Below, one piece after another: positions 9,530-18,948 of a stretch of DNA of 64,000 nt (its first letter is position 1; every line of letters starts with the position of its first letter). The notes beneath the pieces are model-generated. The model saw only the letters and a list, made by a program, of their open reading frames with translations, made no database searches and was not told where the DNA came from. The position numbers and the translations under genes are program-made. The stretch is from an uncultured bacterium (GTDB lineage: Bacteria; Patescibacteriota; Minisyncoccia; Phycocordibacterales; CAIZLB01): NCBI GenBank assembly GCA_903936565.1, contig CAIZVZ010000019.1, positions 3,559 to 67,558 on the forward strand, read 5' to 3'.

Positions 9530-10162
9530 ATGACTAGAACAAACAAAAGAGACTATAAAATAAAGGCCAATGGTAATTTACTGAATAAAAGTGACCTCAC
9601 TAGTAATAAAAATACTGGTAAAACAAAAAGGACAGATATTAAGAAAAGGACAGTGAAAACAGAACTTGAAAGTGAGGTTAATGAGGTTTGCGGTGTCTCC
9701 GTCAAGGACTCAAATAAGAAGATAGGTGGCTTGGGGGAGAATATTGCAATCGTCTTCCTTGAGAAAAGAGGCTTTCAGATTATAGACAGGAACCATAGAA
9801 ATAAAATAGGGGAATTAGATATAGTTGCCCAGAAGGATGACTTTTATTATGTCGTTGAGGTCAAAACTCTTAAGATACCTTCCAAGATGGATATTGAGAA
9901 GGGTGGTGGGTTTTTTGATCCCAATATAAGTATTATTAGGGATGGTGATAAAATTGATTGGCTAAAACCTGAAATGAGCCTTACTAAAGAGAAAATCCAA
10001 AAAATTAAGCAGACCACCTTAAGGTATTGCGCTGATTTTGGTATTAAAGAGGAAAGCGTTAAATTCTTGGGTATGTGTGTAAGTCTGTACCATTATGGTT
10101 CACGTGTAACTAAGGAGAACCTGTTGAGCTGTCGGGTTAAGATTGTTCCTTTGTTGAATTAG
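9530..10162 (+). CDS. YraN/UPF0102-family endonuclease-like protein with basic N-terminal extension
   Basis: Core GENIAIVFLEKRGFQIIDRNHRNKIGELDIVAQKDDFYYVVEVKTL matches the UPF0102 (YraN) pattern GE..A..L...G..I..RN.R...GEIDI.A......FVEVK. Confidence 0.5.
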   Translation: MTRTNKRDYKIKANGNLLNKSDLTSNKNTGKTKRTDIKKRTVKTELESEVNEVCGVSVKDSNKKIGGLGENIAIVFLEKRGFQIIDRNHRNKIGELDIVAQKDDFYYVVEVKTLKIPSKMDIEKGGGFFDPNISIIRDGDKIDWLKPEMSLTKEKIQKIKQTTLRYCADFGIKEESVKFLGMCVSLYHYGSRVTKENLLSCRVKIVPLLN

Positions 10163-10258
10163 AGCTGGATAGGGTAGAGAGACTTGTGCTGCCCGTTATG
10201 TTAATAATGGACTCTAAATTGGCAAAAATAAAACATGTGTGATATGCTTGTTCCATCA

Positions 10259-10331
10259 CGGGGCGTGGTGTAACGGCTAACATGCTTGCTTTGGGAGCAA
10301 GTGACTCCGGGTTCGAATCCCGGCGCCCCGA
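10259..10331 (+). tRNA. tRNA-Pro (anticodon TGG)
   Basis: Acceptor CGGGGCG/CGCCCCG, anticodon arm CTTGC-TTTGGGA-GCAAG, and T-arm CCGGGTTCGAATCCCGG. ORFs 10137..10334 (-) and 10286.. (+) overlap it and are artefacts or over-extensions. Confidence 0.75.
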
Positions 10332-10363
10332 CAAATTGGTTCCATATTGCTATAGGTTATTCT

Positions 10364-10696
10364 ATGACTAAAAAATTCACAAAGAAAAAAGAAAACTTTA
10401 CCTGCGATGTTTGCGGAGTTGATGTTAACGGCGATGGTTACACAGACCATTGTTCTAATTGTTTGTGGAGTAAACATGTGGACATTAATCCTGGGGATAG
10501 GCTTTCCGAATGCCAAGGTCTTATGAAGCCTACTAAAATAGAAATTAAAAAGGATAAATATCGAGTTACTAATAAATGTGAGACTTGTGGTTATGAAAAG
10601 GTAAATAATCTGGCGCCTGATGATAATTGGGACACAGTTATTAAAATTCAACAAAAGTTTGTATTAGATGCCTTCAATAATGGGGAAATAAAATAA
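10364..10696 (+). CDS. RNHCP-domain-like zinc-ribbon protein
   Basis: From the internal Met, MTKKFTKKKENFTCDVCGVDVNGDGYTDHCSNCLWSKHVD...CETCGY. The motif HCxNCLWSxHVD resembles the RNHCP signature. The ORF-track start at 10286 overlaps tRNA-Pro and is rejected. Confidence 0.4.
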   Translation: MTKKFTKKKENFTCDVCGVDVNGDGYTDHCSNCLWSKHVDINPGDRLSECQGLMKPTKIEIKKDKYRVTNKCETCGYEKVNNLAPDDNWDTVIKIQQKFVLDAFNNGEIK

Positions 10697-10768
10697 TAGG
10701 GGACAACGATACGTCGAATGATTTAACGCGGGTGTTTGTGGTATTTTGCTTTTACCACCACTGTCGCC

Positions 10769-11974
10769 TTATTGATTCATTTCATAAATCGACTTGCCAA
10801 GATTCATTCTAAGTTTATTGTCTATGTGTTTAATTGAGATCGCACGAATTTTATTCTTCAATAAAATTTCCGAAGAAACATAATTAGAAATTATTCCTAT
10901 TAGCTGTCCTTGATTGTTAAATATACCACCTCCTGAAGCCCCAGATTGGGCCAAGGAGCTTGGTTTAGTCTCTATCAGGTCATATGGACCATTTGAATCT
11001 CCATTGAAGTTAAAAACGTTTCCTATTGAGTTTGTTTCTGATTTTCTGGGTAGCACAGAAAAGACGCCAATTTTACCATAAACATCAGATGGATAAGACT
11101 TAATGGTGATTTGTTCATTCAAGTTAAATGGTAGGGGAGAGATTTTCGCCGGTAGTATATTTTTAAGTTCCGTAGCTGTTGCTGTGTTTATTGATGGGTT
11201 AGAAATATCAATCTGAAGAATGGCGATGTCACTTTCACCTGTCTCTGAATATGTATTTTCAAAATTTGAGTAGTGTTTATTGACCCAGTCACGGTCTATG
11301 AATACAACCTTTACTGGCAGTTTACCAGATGCTGGGTCCTTAATTCTTGCGTAACAACTATATTTTCCACCTGATTGTTCAGAATAAACAGGTGCAGCAA
11401 CATGAGCAGCTGTTAAAACTAAACCATTTGAACTTATGATTACGCCGCTGCCGGTTATAATTTTAAGAGTGTTGCTCGTTTTGTTTTCACATCTGATATT
11501 TACAACGCTATCGTCTGGGCTTGTTGATATGTGTGATTTGATGTTACTCGATGTGTTAGATGTTGGAGTTTTGTCTGTGTCGGATAATATATTCGATTTC
11601 TGAGGTTTTTTAATTTGATTCGGTGTTGAATTATCTTTACTTTGTTTGGTGCTTATTTTAAGAACAGAATAGTTTGGAGCTGTAATCTTCAGGTGTTTTA
11701 GTTTATCCACAGCACTTGTTATTTTGTCTGTCCCCATTGGAACATAAACTGCAGACGTGCTTGATGAGGGGTTTGAAAACGGTCTATTCAGGATATCCAC
11801 AATTTCTTTTGATTTTTCTGCCGATGTGCTTGCTTTGAGTCCTAATGAGCTTGTGGTGCTTGTTGATATTGAACTTGTTGTGGGGGACAGGAGGCTTAAA
11901 AAAGTTGCTACAAATAAAGCGCTTTTTTGAATTATTGATATTGTGCCGTTTACTAATACTCCAATATTATTCAT
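10769..11974 (-). CDS. secreted trypsin-like serine protease (S1 family), S/T-rich linker
   Basis: N-terminal hydrophobic signal, then a catalytic His in GSGVIISSNGLVLTAAHV and a catalytic Ser in GASGGGIFNNQGQLIGI, which is the S1/HtrA-like arrangement. No PDZ domain. Confidence 0.6.
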   Translation of the reverse strand: MNNIGVLVNGTISIIQKSALFVATFLSLLSPTTSSISTSTTSSLGLKASTSAEKSKEIVDILNRPFSNPSSSTSAVYVPMGTDKITSAVDKLKHLKITAPNYSVLKISTKQSKDNSTPNQIKKPQKSNILSDTDKTPTSNTSSNIKSHISTSPDDSVVNIRCENKTSNTLKIITGSGVIISSNGLVLTAAHVAAPVYSEQSGGKYSCYARIKDPASGKLPVKVVFIDRDWVNKHYSNFENTYSETGESDIAILQIDISNPSINTATATELKNILPAKISPLPFNLNEQITIKSYPSDVYGKIGVFSVLPRKSETNSIGNVFNFNGDSNGPYDLIETKPSSLAQSGASGGGIFNNQGQLIGIISNYVSSEILLKNKIRAISIKHIDNKLRMNLGKSIYEMNQ

Positions 11975-12081
11975 ATTTGTTGGGTGTGTTTTATTTGTGC
12001 AAATTTAACTTATTTACTATTTTAGCACGATTAATCAAAACTATTTACTTTTACGTTATTTTTGATATAGTTTAAAAACAA

Positions 12082-12152
12082 GCGGGATTGGTTTAGTGGT
12101 AGAATGACTGCCTTCCAAGCAGTAGACAAGGGTTCGATTCCCTTATCCCGCA
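12082..12152 (+). tRNA. tRNA-Gly (anticodon TCC)
   Basis: Acceptor GCGGGAT/ATCCCGC, anticodon arm ACTGC-CTTCCAA-GCAGT, and T-arm AAGGGTTCGATTCCCTT. Confidence 0.8.
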
Positions 12153-12157
12153 CAAAT

Positions 12158-12976
12158 ATGAGAATAAGAAATTATTTCTTTCTCGCTCTTCTTTTGTTGA
12201 TAATAGGTGGTATTTCTGGTTTGGAATACAAAAAGTTGTCCGCACCAGTCTTGCCCACCTCTGATAAAGCTGAAATAACCTCGCCAGACATTAAGGTTTC
12301 AAGCCCCACTGTCCCCACGTTGTCCCTCTCAAATTCTGTACCCACAACTACACCCGCCACGCCCAAAAGTGTGGTGTTTAAACTAGATGTTCCGTATTTT
12401 CATCAACAATACGCCAATAGTTGCGAAGCTGCGTCATTGAGAATGGCTCTGGCGTATTACGGCATTAAAATCGGTGATGATTTGGGTATTGTTAAAAGAT
12501 TTGGATATAAGCCAAGAGATAAGGATGTTGCAAATAATGAATGGGACGATCCTCAGGAAATGTTTGTTGGGAATATTGATATTGTTGGAAGTACAAAAGG
12601 GTACGGTGTGTATGGTAAGCCGGTAGTAAAAACAGCTATTTCTTATGGACGAGATGCATATCTAGAAACGAACATAACGGCAGGGCTATTATCAAAAGAA
12701 ATAAAGGCGGGTCACCCTATAATTTTATGGGGCTATACATCAATTACCGCACCGGCCTATACTTGGAATATTGCGGGTGGTGGGGAAGTGAAGGCTTTTA
12801 AGGGGGAACACGCCAGGCTAGTTATTGGATTTGAGGGCGATGTGACTAACCCAACGGGATTCTACGTTCACGATCCTTTTAATAATAAAAAATCTGAGTA
12901 CTGGACTGTAAAAAGGTTAATGAAACAGGTAAGTGCGGTGCCGGGGGTTACGAATCAAGCGGTAGTCGTTAAATAA
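12158..12976 (+). CDS. secreted peptidase C39-like (Peptidase_C39_2 / BtrH-like) domain protein
   Basis: From MRIRNYFFLALLLLIIGG (signal/TM) then YFHQQYANSCEAASLRMALAYYG, a papain-like Cys motif seen in C39-like domains. The ORF-track start at 12104 overlaps the tRNA and is rejected. Confidence 0.5.
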   Translation: MRIRNYFFLALLLLIIGGISGLEYKKLSAPVLPTSDKAEITSPDIKVSSPTVPTLSLSNSVPTTTPATPKSVVFKLDVPYFHQQYANSCEAASLRMALAYYGIKIGDDLGIVKRFGYKPRDKDVANNEWDDPQEMFVGNIDIVGSTKGYGVYGKPVVKTAISYGRDAYLETNITAGLLSKEIKAGHPIILWGYTSITAPAYTWNIAGGGEVKAFKGEHARLVIGFEGDVTNPTGFYVHDPFNNKKSEYWTVKRLMKQVSAVPGVTNQAVVVK

Positions 12977-13131
12977 GCTCTATAAATAAGGACGCTTGAT
13001 AATGGGTCCCTAGGAATAATAAGAAACAAGGCTAATAACCTTGTTTTTTGTAGTTCCTGAATACACTGAAACACAATAGCTATATTTAAGGCCCTACTAC
13101 TCCTCAATATTCATATTGTCACACAAAACAG

Positions 13132-13160
13132 TTGACAAAATGAATAAAATAGTCTACAAT
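13132..13160 (+). promoter_or_regulatory. near-consensus sigma70-type promoter for SBP paralog 1, overlapping a TTGTCA-N11-TGACAA inverted repeat
   Basis: TTGACA at 13132-13137, a 17-nt spacer, and TACAAT at 13155-13160. The inverted-repeat partner TTGTCA is at 13116-13121. Confidence 0.5.
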
Positions 13161-13211
13161 ACACAATGTCGGAATAGTCAATACTTATAAATTATTCTAA
13201 AATCATAAATT

Positions 13212-14351
13212 ATGAAAAAAACAATTAAAATAAGCCTAGGAATTACAATCGTTGTAATTGCGATAATACTAATAATAATGGGCCTAAATAGTAATTCAAA
13301 TCAAAGTAATGTTATTAAAATAGGTTATATTGGTCCAATTACAGGCCCTTCTGCGGTCTTGGGAATGGATGCAATAAAGGCAATTGAAATAGCTGTTGAC
13401 GAAACAAATGCTAAGGGTGGAATAAATGGTAAGCAGGTACAACTAATTGCTGAAGATGATAAATATTTATCAAAAGACACAGTAAACGCTTATAATAAGC
13501 TTGTAAATGTAGATAAGGTAAAAATAATTCTAATTTCAACTTACGGTGGAGTGTTTGCTGTAGCTGATCAAGCTAAAAATGATGGGGTAGTGGTGATTGA
13601 CCCGCTTGATTGTAATAAGGATCTGGCAAATGCAGACAAAAACATCTTTTGTTTGGCAACAGAGACTGAGTCCATTGGTACTTCATTGGCTCAAAATTTA
13701 GCAAGCACTGGTGGTAAAAAGGCTGCAATCTTGTATTCAACAAAAGATAATTTTATGTCAATTGTTGCGAATTCATTTGATTATGAGTTCTCAGGGAACG
13801 GAGGAATTACCATGAAGGAAGGTTTTAACTATGGTGATACTGACTATAGAGCTCAGCTTCTAAAAATAAAAGAGTATAATCCAGATGCTTTGATTATATT
13901 AGGTCACGATGAACAGGGTTTCATCATGAAACAAGCAAGAGAACTTGGTGTTAAGGCTAAATTCATGACCACAGGTACTATTACAAGTCCTGTTGCACAA
14001 CAAAATGCAAACGGTGCAGCTGAAGGAACGCTACTTGCTTATTGGGACTCAGCAAAAAATGGTTCAAATGTTAAAAACTTTGAAGTTAAGTTTGCTGCAA
14101 AAGTTGGAAGACCAGCAATACTCCCATTAACCACTCATCCGGCATATGATACAGTCAAGATATTAACTGATATCGTACTTCCTAACATATATGGAAATGT
14201 AACTGGAAATAAAGTAGCATCTGAACTACTAAAGGTTTCGAATTATCAAGGTGTCACGGGAAATATAACGATTGATAAGGATGGTGGGGCAAGAATTAAG
14301 GAATCAGTGTTTAAACTAGTTAACGGTAGTCCAGTTAGTCTGCAAAAATAG
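13212..14351 (+). CDS. membrane-anchored type-I solute-binding protein, LivJ/LivK-like (paralog 1), orphan
   Basis: N-terminal TM/signal anchor, then IKIGYIGPITGPSAVLGMDAIKAIEIAVDETNAKGGINGKQVQLIAEDDKY, which matches the branched-chain amino-acid-binding (Peripla_BP_6) pattern. No permease or ATPase gene is adjacent. Confidence 0.7.
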   Translation: MKKTIKISLGITIVVIAIILIIMGLNSNSNQSNVIKIGYIGPITGPSAVLGMDAIKAIEIAVDETNAKGGINGKQVQLIAEDDKYLSKDTVNAYNKLVNVDKVKIILISTYGGVFAVADQAKNDGVVVIDPLDCNKDLANADKNIFCLATETESIGTSLAQNLASTGGKKAAILYSTKDNFMSIVANSFDYEFSGNGGITMKEGFNYGDTDYRAQLLKIKEYNPDALIILGHDEQGFIMKQARELGVKAKFMTTGTITSPVAQQNANGAAEGTLLAYWDSAKNGSNVKNFEVKFAAKVGRPAILPLTTHPAYDTVKILTDIVLPNIYGNVTGNKVASELLKVSNYQGVTGNITIDKDGGARIKESVFKLVNGSPVSLQK

Positions 14352-14440
14352 TTTTGTAAGTCGGAAAAAGTGATACAACTAAAATTATTCGAGTGACAAA
14401 AACACCTTTAAACAAGGTGCTTTTGTATACCATGCATAAA

Positions 14441-15187
14441 TTAGTTGCCCCAAAGTGTATTAAATAGGTTTAAATAGCCCTTAACTAAATTTTGGTCCTT
14501 GATCTTTATAGCTGTTACAGGCTGTTCTCTGTTTGAATAGATAATATTAAGAACCACTCCAGCTTCTGGATAAACATGGATGCCCGCTGGGTTTTCCGTG
14601 CTTGTGTCTAAGTATTTGATTTTATACGATCCTTCTCTCTCGGTCTCCTTTTGAAAGGATTCCTTTTGATTCTTATAGCCAATCATTTTTATTGTGATTT
14701 TGGCACCGTCTATGGCGTTGTGGTATTTTTTCCAAATGGGTCGCATTGTTTCTTCCATAAAGTCTTCACCGCCAGAACCAATTATGTATTTTGTTCCACC
14801 GTTTGGTAATTGTTTTATTAATGAAGTTAGGAGTGCTAAATATTCATCATTGCCTTTATGTATTGTGATTTCTTGGGTCTCGGCAGACATCTTGTGTTTA
14901 ATATTTTTGGAAACGCTTTCTGCAATCTTTTGCTTTTCTTCAAATTCTTCCACTAAAATATCTGGTGAGACAATAGAGAATGTCTTTTTGCCTTTTGTTT
15001 CAAATTCAGAAATCAATTTTCTGGCCACAAGGTGCTCTAATGATGTATAAACAAGACTCCTGTGTAGGCCGGTATTTGTAATTAGGGGATTTGATGTGGC
15101 TGTTTTTAGCTCAGCCAGTGCTAAATAGACCGTTGCATCGTTTTCAGAAAACCCAAGTTTCATTAAATCGTTAGTGGTTTTATTCAT
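14441..15187 (-). CDS. TrmB-family winged-HTH transcriptional regulator-like protein (paralog 1)
   Basis: N-terminus LMKLGFSENDATVYLALAELKTATSNPLITNTGLHRSLVYTSLEHLVARKLIS is a TrmB-type HTH. It is paralogous to seven other ~250-aa proteins in the window and shares a C-terminal ...LW motif with them. Confidence 0.65.
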   Translation of the reverse strand: MNKTTNDLMKLGFSENDATVYLALAELKTATSNPLITNTGLHRSLVYTSLEHLVARKLISEFETKGKKTFSIVSPDILVEEFEEKQKIAESVSKNIKHKMSAETQEITIHKGNDEYLALLTSLIKQLPNGGTKYIIGSGGEDFMEETMRPIWKKYHNAIDGAKITIKMIGYKNQKESFQKETEREGSYKIKYLDTSTENPAGIHVYPEAGVVLNIIYSNREQPVTAIKIKDQNLVKGYLNLFNTLWGN

Positions 15188-15250
15188 TTGGTGCTATTTT
15201 ATCACATTTAAATACAAAAGCACTTGATGTGTCGCCAAAATTTTCACCCA

Positions 15251-15278
15251 ACAAAACACCCCAGCTTTCACTGGGGCA
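15251..15278 (-). terminator. rho-independent terminator downstream of hup
   Basis: On the minus strand, CCCCAG-tgaaag-CTGGGG is followed by TGTTTTGTTGGG. Confidence 0.55.
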
Positions 15279-15363
15279 CTTTGTTAAGTGGAAACTATCT
15301 AACCAATTTAGGAGCCCTTGGGTTCTATTAGATAGACCAAGGTAAATCTAAATTATATTTGAA

Positions 15364-15636
15364 TTATTTAACTGCTTCCTTAAGAGCCTTTGCTGCTCTA
15401 AACTTTGGAACATTCATAGCTGCAACCTTTACGATTTCACCTGTTCTTGGGTTACGAGCAGAACGTGCGGCTCTCTTCTTTGCAGAAAAGATACCGAAAC
15501 CAGCTACTGAAACTTCATCGCCCTTCTTAAGTGATGTTGTGATGCCATCAAAGATAGCATTTACAACTTCCTCAGCTTGAACTTTTGTTGTTCCTAGTAC
15601 TTCATTTACTTTATCAACTAATGCTGCTTTATTCAT
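15364..15636 (-). CDS. hup: DNA-binding protein HU
   Basis: MNKAALVDKVNE...GFGIFSAKKRAARSARNPRTGEIVKV, including the canonical HU arm motif. Confidence 0.85.
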   Translation of the reverse strand: MNKAALVDKVNEVLGTTKVQAEEVVNAIFDGITTSLKKGDEVSVAGFGIFSAKKRAARSARNPRTGEIVKVAAMNVPKFRAAKALKEAVK

Positions 15637-15803
15637 ATTTGTAGAAGTAATTGTTTCTTTATAATTGTCGACCGCTATAACCTTGCTATTGATTATATAT
15701 TAAGCCATATTTTGAATCAAGTGTTGAAAAGGTCTAAAAAAGTTTTGACACGTTTTGATATTTTCGTCAAACATGCCGTCTTCTTCTCTAATTAAGCCTT
15801 TAT

Positions 15804-17357
15804 TTATCGAGCTAGTTCTGTAATTTTACTTTCTCGAATGACTGTTATTTTTATTTCTCCGGGGTATTTTAATTCCTTCTCTATCCTTAGGGCTATGTTT
15901 CTGGCCATATTTTTTGCTTCATAATCGGATACTTTTTCTGGTGACACAAAGATTCTAATTTCTCTTCCAGCTTGTAGCGCGTATGATTTTTCTACACCAC
16001 CAAATGAATTTGCGATGTCCTCTAAATCATTCAATCTCTTAATGTAATTCTCTAGTGTATCACTTCTTGCGCCAGGTCTACCGCCAGAGAGTGCATCAGC
16101 GGTCTGAACAATTCTTGCCTCTAGTGTCTCATATGGATATTCATCATGATGAGATTTCATTGCTTGAATAATTTTCTTGTCGACATTAAATTTCTCCAAT
16201 AGTTTAATTCCAATATCAACATGACTTCCGCTCACCTCGTGATCCAAAGCCTTTCCTATGTCGTGAAGTAGGGCGCCAGCCTTTGCTGTAGAAACATCTG
16301 CACCCAATTCTTCAGCTAGCATTCCCGCGATGTGTGCACATTCTATCGAGTGCTGTAAAACATTTTGTCCATAACTTGTCCTATATTGAAGTCGGCCAAG
16401 TATTGTAGAAATTCTTGGATCAAGTCCTATCACCCCGGTTTCATAACATGCCATGTCTCCTAATTTTTTTGTCTCCTTGATTATTGCCTCTTTTGCAATT
16501 TCAACCTCCTTCTCAATTCTTGCTGGTTGAATTCTTCCATCTTCAACAAGTGCGGTGAGTGCAATTTTTGCAATTTGTCTTCTAATTGGATCAAAACATG
16601 AAAGCATAATATATCCTTGCCCCTCATCCACCAAAACTTCAACACCAGTTTCTTTTTCAAAAGTTTTTATGTTTCTACCTTCTTTTCCAATAATTTTTCC
16701 TTTAATGTCTTCGGACGCAATTGGCACAGTTGAAGAAAACATTTCTCCGTTTACTGATGATGCAAGACGTTGAACTGTGGTTGTCAGTATTTCTTTTGCT
16801 TTTTCTTCAAGTTTGTCTTCTGCAAATAAATCAAATTTATTTATTCTGTTAATAAGATCGTCTCCCGCTTCTTTTTCTACTTTGCTGAACAAAATTGTTT
16901 TCGCTTCATCTTCGGTTAGATTGGAAATACGCTGTATTTCAAGGTTTTTTTCTTCCTCGAGTTTTATTACTACCTTTTCCCTTTCTAATAATTGCTCCGA
17001 CTTTACTGAGTTTTTTTCAATTGATAACTCTATTTTTTTCAGTTCCTTCTCAAGCTCGGTTTGTCTATTTTCAATTGTCTGTTCCTTTTTTATTAATCGG
17101 TCTTCGTTCTTTTGAATATTTTCTTCTTTTTCTTTTATCTCTTTTTTTGCGTTCGCCACAATATGCTTCGCCTCTTCTTGTGCATTTGAAATTATTAAGA
17201 CAGCGTCTTCCTTTGCAATCGTTTTAACTCTTTTTGCGTTTAAATCTAGAGAATTTCTTATGCTTAGTGAAATAAGTAGTCTAATCAAATATCCAATGAC
17301 GAAACCGACACCCCCCGCCATTACTATGTATGCGAGATCTGTTTGGTTTAATATCAT
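15804..17357 (-). CDS. rny: ribonuclease Y
   Basis: N-terminal TM helix, a long coiled-coil, a KH domain (GKIIGKEGRNIKTFEKETGVEV) and an HD domain (LLHDIGKALDHE). Confidence 0.85.
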   Translation of the reverse strand: MILNQTDLAYIVMAGGVGFVIGYLIRLLISLSIRNSLDLNAKRVKTIAKEDAVLIISNAQEEAKHIVANAKKEIKEKEENIQKNEDRLIKKEQTIENRQTELEKELKKIELSIEKNSVKSEQLLEREKVVIKLEEEKNLEIQRISNLTEDEAKTILFSKVEKEAGDDLINRINKFDLFAEDKLEEKAKEILTTTVQRLASSVNGEMFSSTVPIASEDIKGKIIGKEGRNIKTFEKETGVEVLVDEGQGYIMLSCFDPIRRQIAKIALTALVEDGRIQPARIEKEVEIAKEAIIKETKKLGDMACYETGVIGLDPRISTILGRLQYRTSYGQNVLQHSIECAHIAGMLAEELGADVSTAKAGALLHDIGKALDHEVSGSHVDIGIKLLEKFNVDKKIIQAMKSHHDEYPYETLEARIVQTADALSGGRPGARSDTLENYIKRLNDLEDIANSFGGVEKSYALQAGREIRIFVSPEKVSDYEAKNMARNIALRIEKELKYPGEIKITVIRESKITELAR

Positions 17358-17375
17358 TTTAGTTTTGTTATTTTA

Positions 17376-17957
17376 TTAAGATAACACCTTGTCTATAAGT
17401 CCATATTTCCTTGCTTCATCCGCGGACATATAGAAGTCTCTATCAATATCGGCCGTTACTTTCTTTAGGTCTTGCCCTGTGTTGTCTGACATAATTTTAG
17501 CTAATCTTTCTTTTGTTTTTATGATTTGTCTTGCTGTGATTTCAATATCAGATGCTTGTCCTTCAATCCCTCCTTGGAGTGGTTGGTGAATCATCATCTC
17601 AGAATTTGATAATGCATATCGCTTTCCTTTTTTGCCAGCTGAAAGAAGCCATGCTCCACCTGATGCTGCCATACCAACACAAATTGTTGATACATCATTT
17701 TTGATATAGTTTATGGTGTCGATCATTGCAAGTGTTGCCGTAACTGATCCTCCTGGTGAATTAATGTACAAAGAGATATCCTTTTTTGGATCTTCTGCTT
17801 GTAAAAATAAAAGTTGTGCAATAACAATGTTTGCTACATTGTCATCAATTGGTCCTCCAAGAAAAATTATATTTTCTCTAAGAAGTCTTGAATATATATC
17901 ATAGGCACGCTCACCGAATTGTGATTTTTCTATAACTGTTGGAATTAACATGTTCAA
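17376..17957 (-). CDS. clpP: ATP-dependent Clp protease proteolytic subunit
   Basis: [11 protein letters not shown] (active Ser), MIHQPLQG (active His) and IERDxxM-like [10 protein letters not shown] motifs. Confidence 0.85.
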   Translation of the reverse strand: MNMLIPTVIEKSQFGERAYDIYSRLLRENIIFLGGPIDDNVANIVIAQLLFLQAEDPKKDISLYINSPGGSVTATLAMIDTINYIKNDVSTICVGMAASGGAWLLSAGKKGKRYALSNSEMMIHQPLQGGIEGQASDIEITARQIIKTKERLAKIMSDNTGQDLKKVTADIDRDFYMSADEARKYGLIDKVLS

Positions 17958-18146
17958 AGTGTATTATATATAATAGTGGGGATAGCTGAGTTTAGGGAGA
18001 TTGGATTTTGTCCAGAATTTCTTTAGATTTTCTTATGAGAAACTAAAGAATTTATGGAAATTTTCTCAATCTTTACGCGGGAACAGGGTCTCTGTATAAC
18101 TCACAGAATACCCCTAATTTTAATAAAAATCAAACCAACATAAAAT

Positions 18147-18947
18147 ATGAGACTTCATCGATTCTACATAAAAGATAAAATTAATCCTAAGGAAAAGTTG
18201 GTTTTGCGATATTTTGATAATGAATCTACTTTAAATCAATGGAAGAAGGTCTTTAGATATCTTGCAGGAAGTAGGGTAATCCTTTTTGACGGATCAGGCA
18301 ATGATTATTTGGCTATAATTGAGAAGTTGGACACGGGGGAGGCGGTTTTGAGGATTTTGGAGGTTAGCAAAAGCGCTGAGGAGGAAGAGACTGGGTCTAA
18401 TAAAAAGGCTGGGGCGTCAGAAAAGAAGGTTGCAGCTCAGGTGAAAGTTAAGAAGCCTGGGGTGAAGGTAACAATATTGATGTCTTTAATTAAGAACGAC
18501 AACTTTGATTTGGTCCTACAAAAGGCAACAGAATTGGGCGTTACACAGATTGTTCCGGTAATTACAGATAGAACAATCAAAAAAGATTTGAATATGCAAC
18601 GTTCCCAAAGGATATTGGTTGAAGCATCAGAGCAGTGTGGAAGGGTGGATGTGCCTGTTATTACATCCGTTAAGCGATTAAATGAGTCCCTTTCTGAATT
18701 ATCTGAGTCAAAAACAAAAGAAGTTGGTGTCTTTGTATGTAACATGGGCGGTACAAATATCAAGGATGTTTTAAATAAAAAGAATACATATAAGGATTTG
18801 GTTTTTCTAATTGGACCTGAGGGTGGTTGGTCGCCAAAGGAAATAGCTTTATTTGAGAGTTCTAAAATTAAATCAGTTTCAATAAATCAGAATGTGTTGA
18901 GGGCGGAGACAGCGGCGCTTGCGCTTTTGGCAGTGGTGTTGGGGTAA
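18147..18947 (+). CDS. rsmE: 16S rRNA (uracil1498-N3)-methyltransferase RsmE-like
   Basis: C-terminal LIGPEGGWSPKEIALFES...LRAETAAL matches RsmE-family motifs. An inserted Lys/Glu-rich segment lies mid-protein. Confidence 0.55.
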   Translation: MRLHRFYIKDKINPKEKLVLRYFDNESTLNQWKKVFRYLAGSRVILFDGSGNDYLAIIEKLDTGEAVLRILEVSKSAEEEETGSNKKAGASEKKVAAQVKVKKPGVKVTILMSLIKNDNFDLVLQKATELGVTQIVPVITDRTIKKDLNMQRSQRILVEASEQCGRVDVPVITSVKRLNESLSELSESKTKEVGVFVCNMGGTNIKDVLNKKNTYKDLVFLIGPEGGWSPKEIALFESSKIKSVSINQNVLRAETAALALLAVVLG

Positions 18948-18948
18948 C

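Noticed and set aside
10137-10334. Minus-strand 65-aa ORF, and the 5' part of plus-strand ORF 10286..10696
   Set aside because: Both overlap the tRNA-Pro gene (10259..10331). The plus-strand protein is better started at the internal Met 10364.
12104-12157. Annotated start of ORF 12104..12976
   Set aside because: The first 18 codons are read through tRNA-Gly(TCC). The real start is at Met 12158, directly in front of a hydrophobic signal segment.
15730-15775. TTTGACA...GTCAAA palindromes upstream of hup and in the rpsL-rpsG spacer (~53977-53996) as specific operators
   Set aside because: These may simply be back-to-back -35 hexamers (TTGACA) of AT-rich promoters. Without enrichment statistics I do not call them regulatory sites.
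16555-17227. Plus-strand ORFs inside rny (16555..16773, 16777..17115, 16895..17227)
   Set aside because: They are antisense to RNase Y and have low-complexity Ser/Phe-rich translations typical of AT-rich antisense frames.
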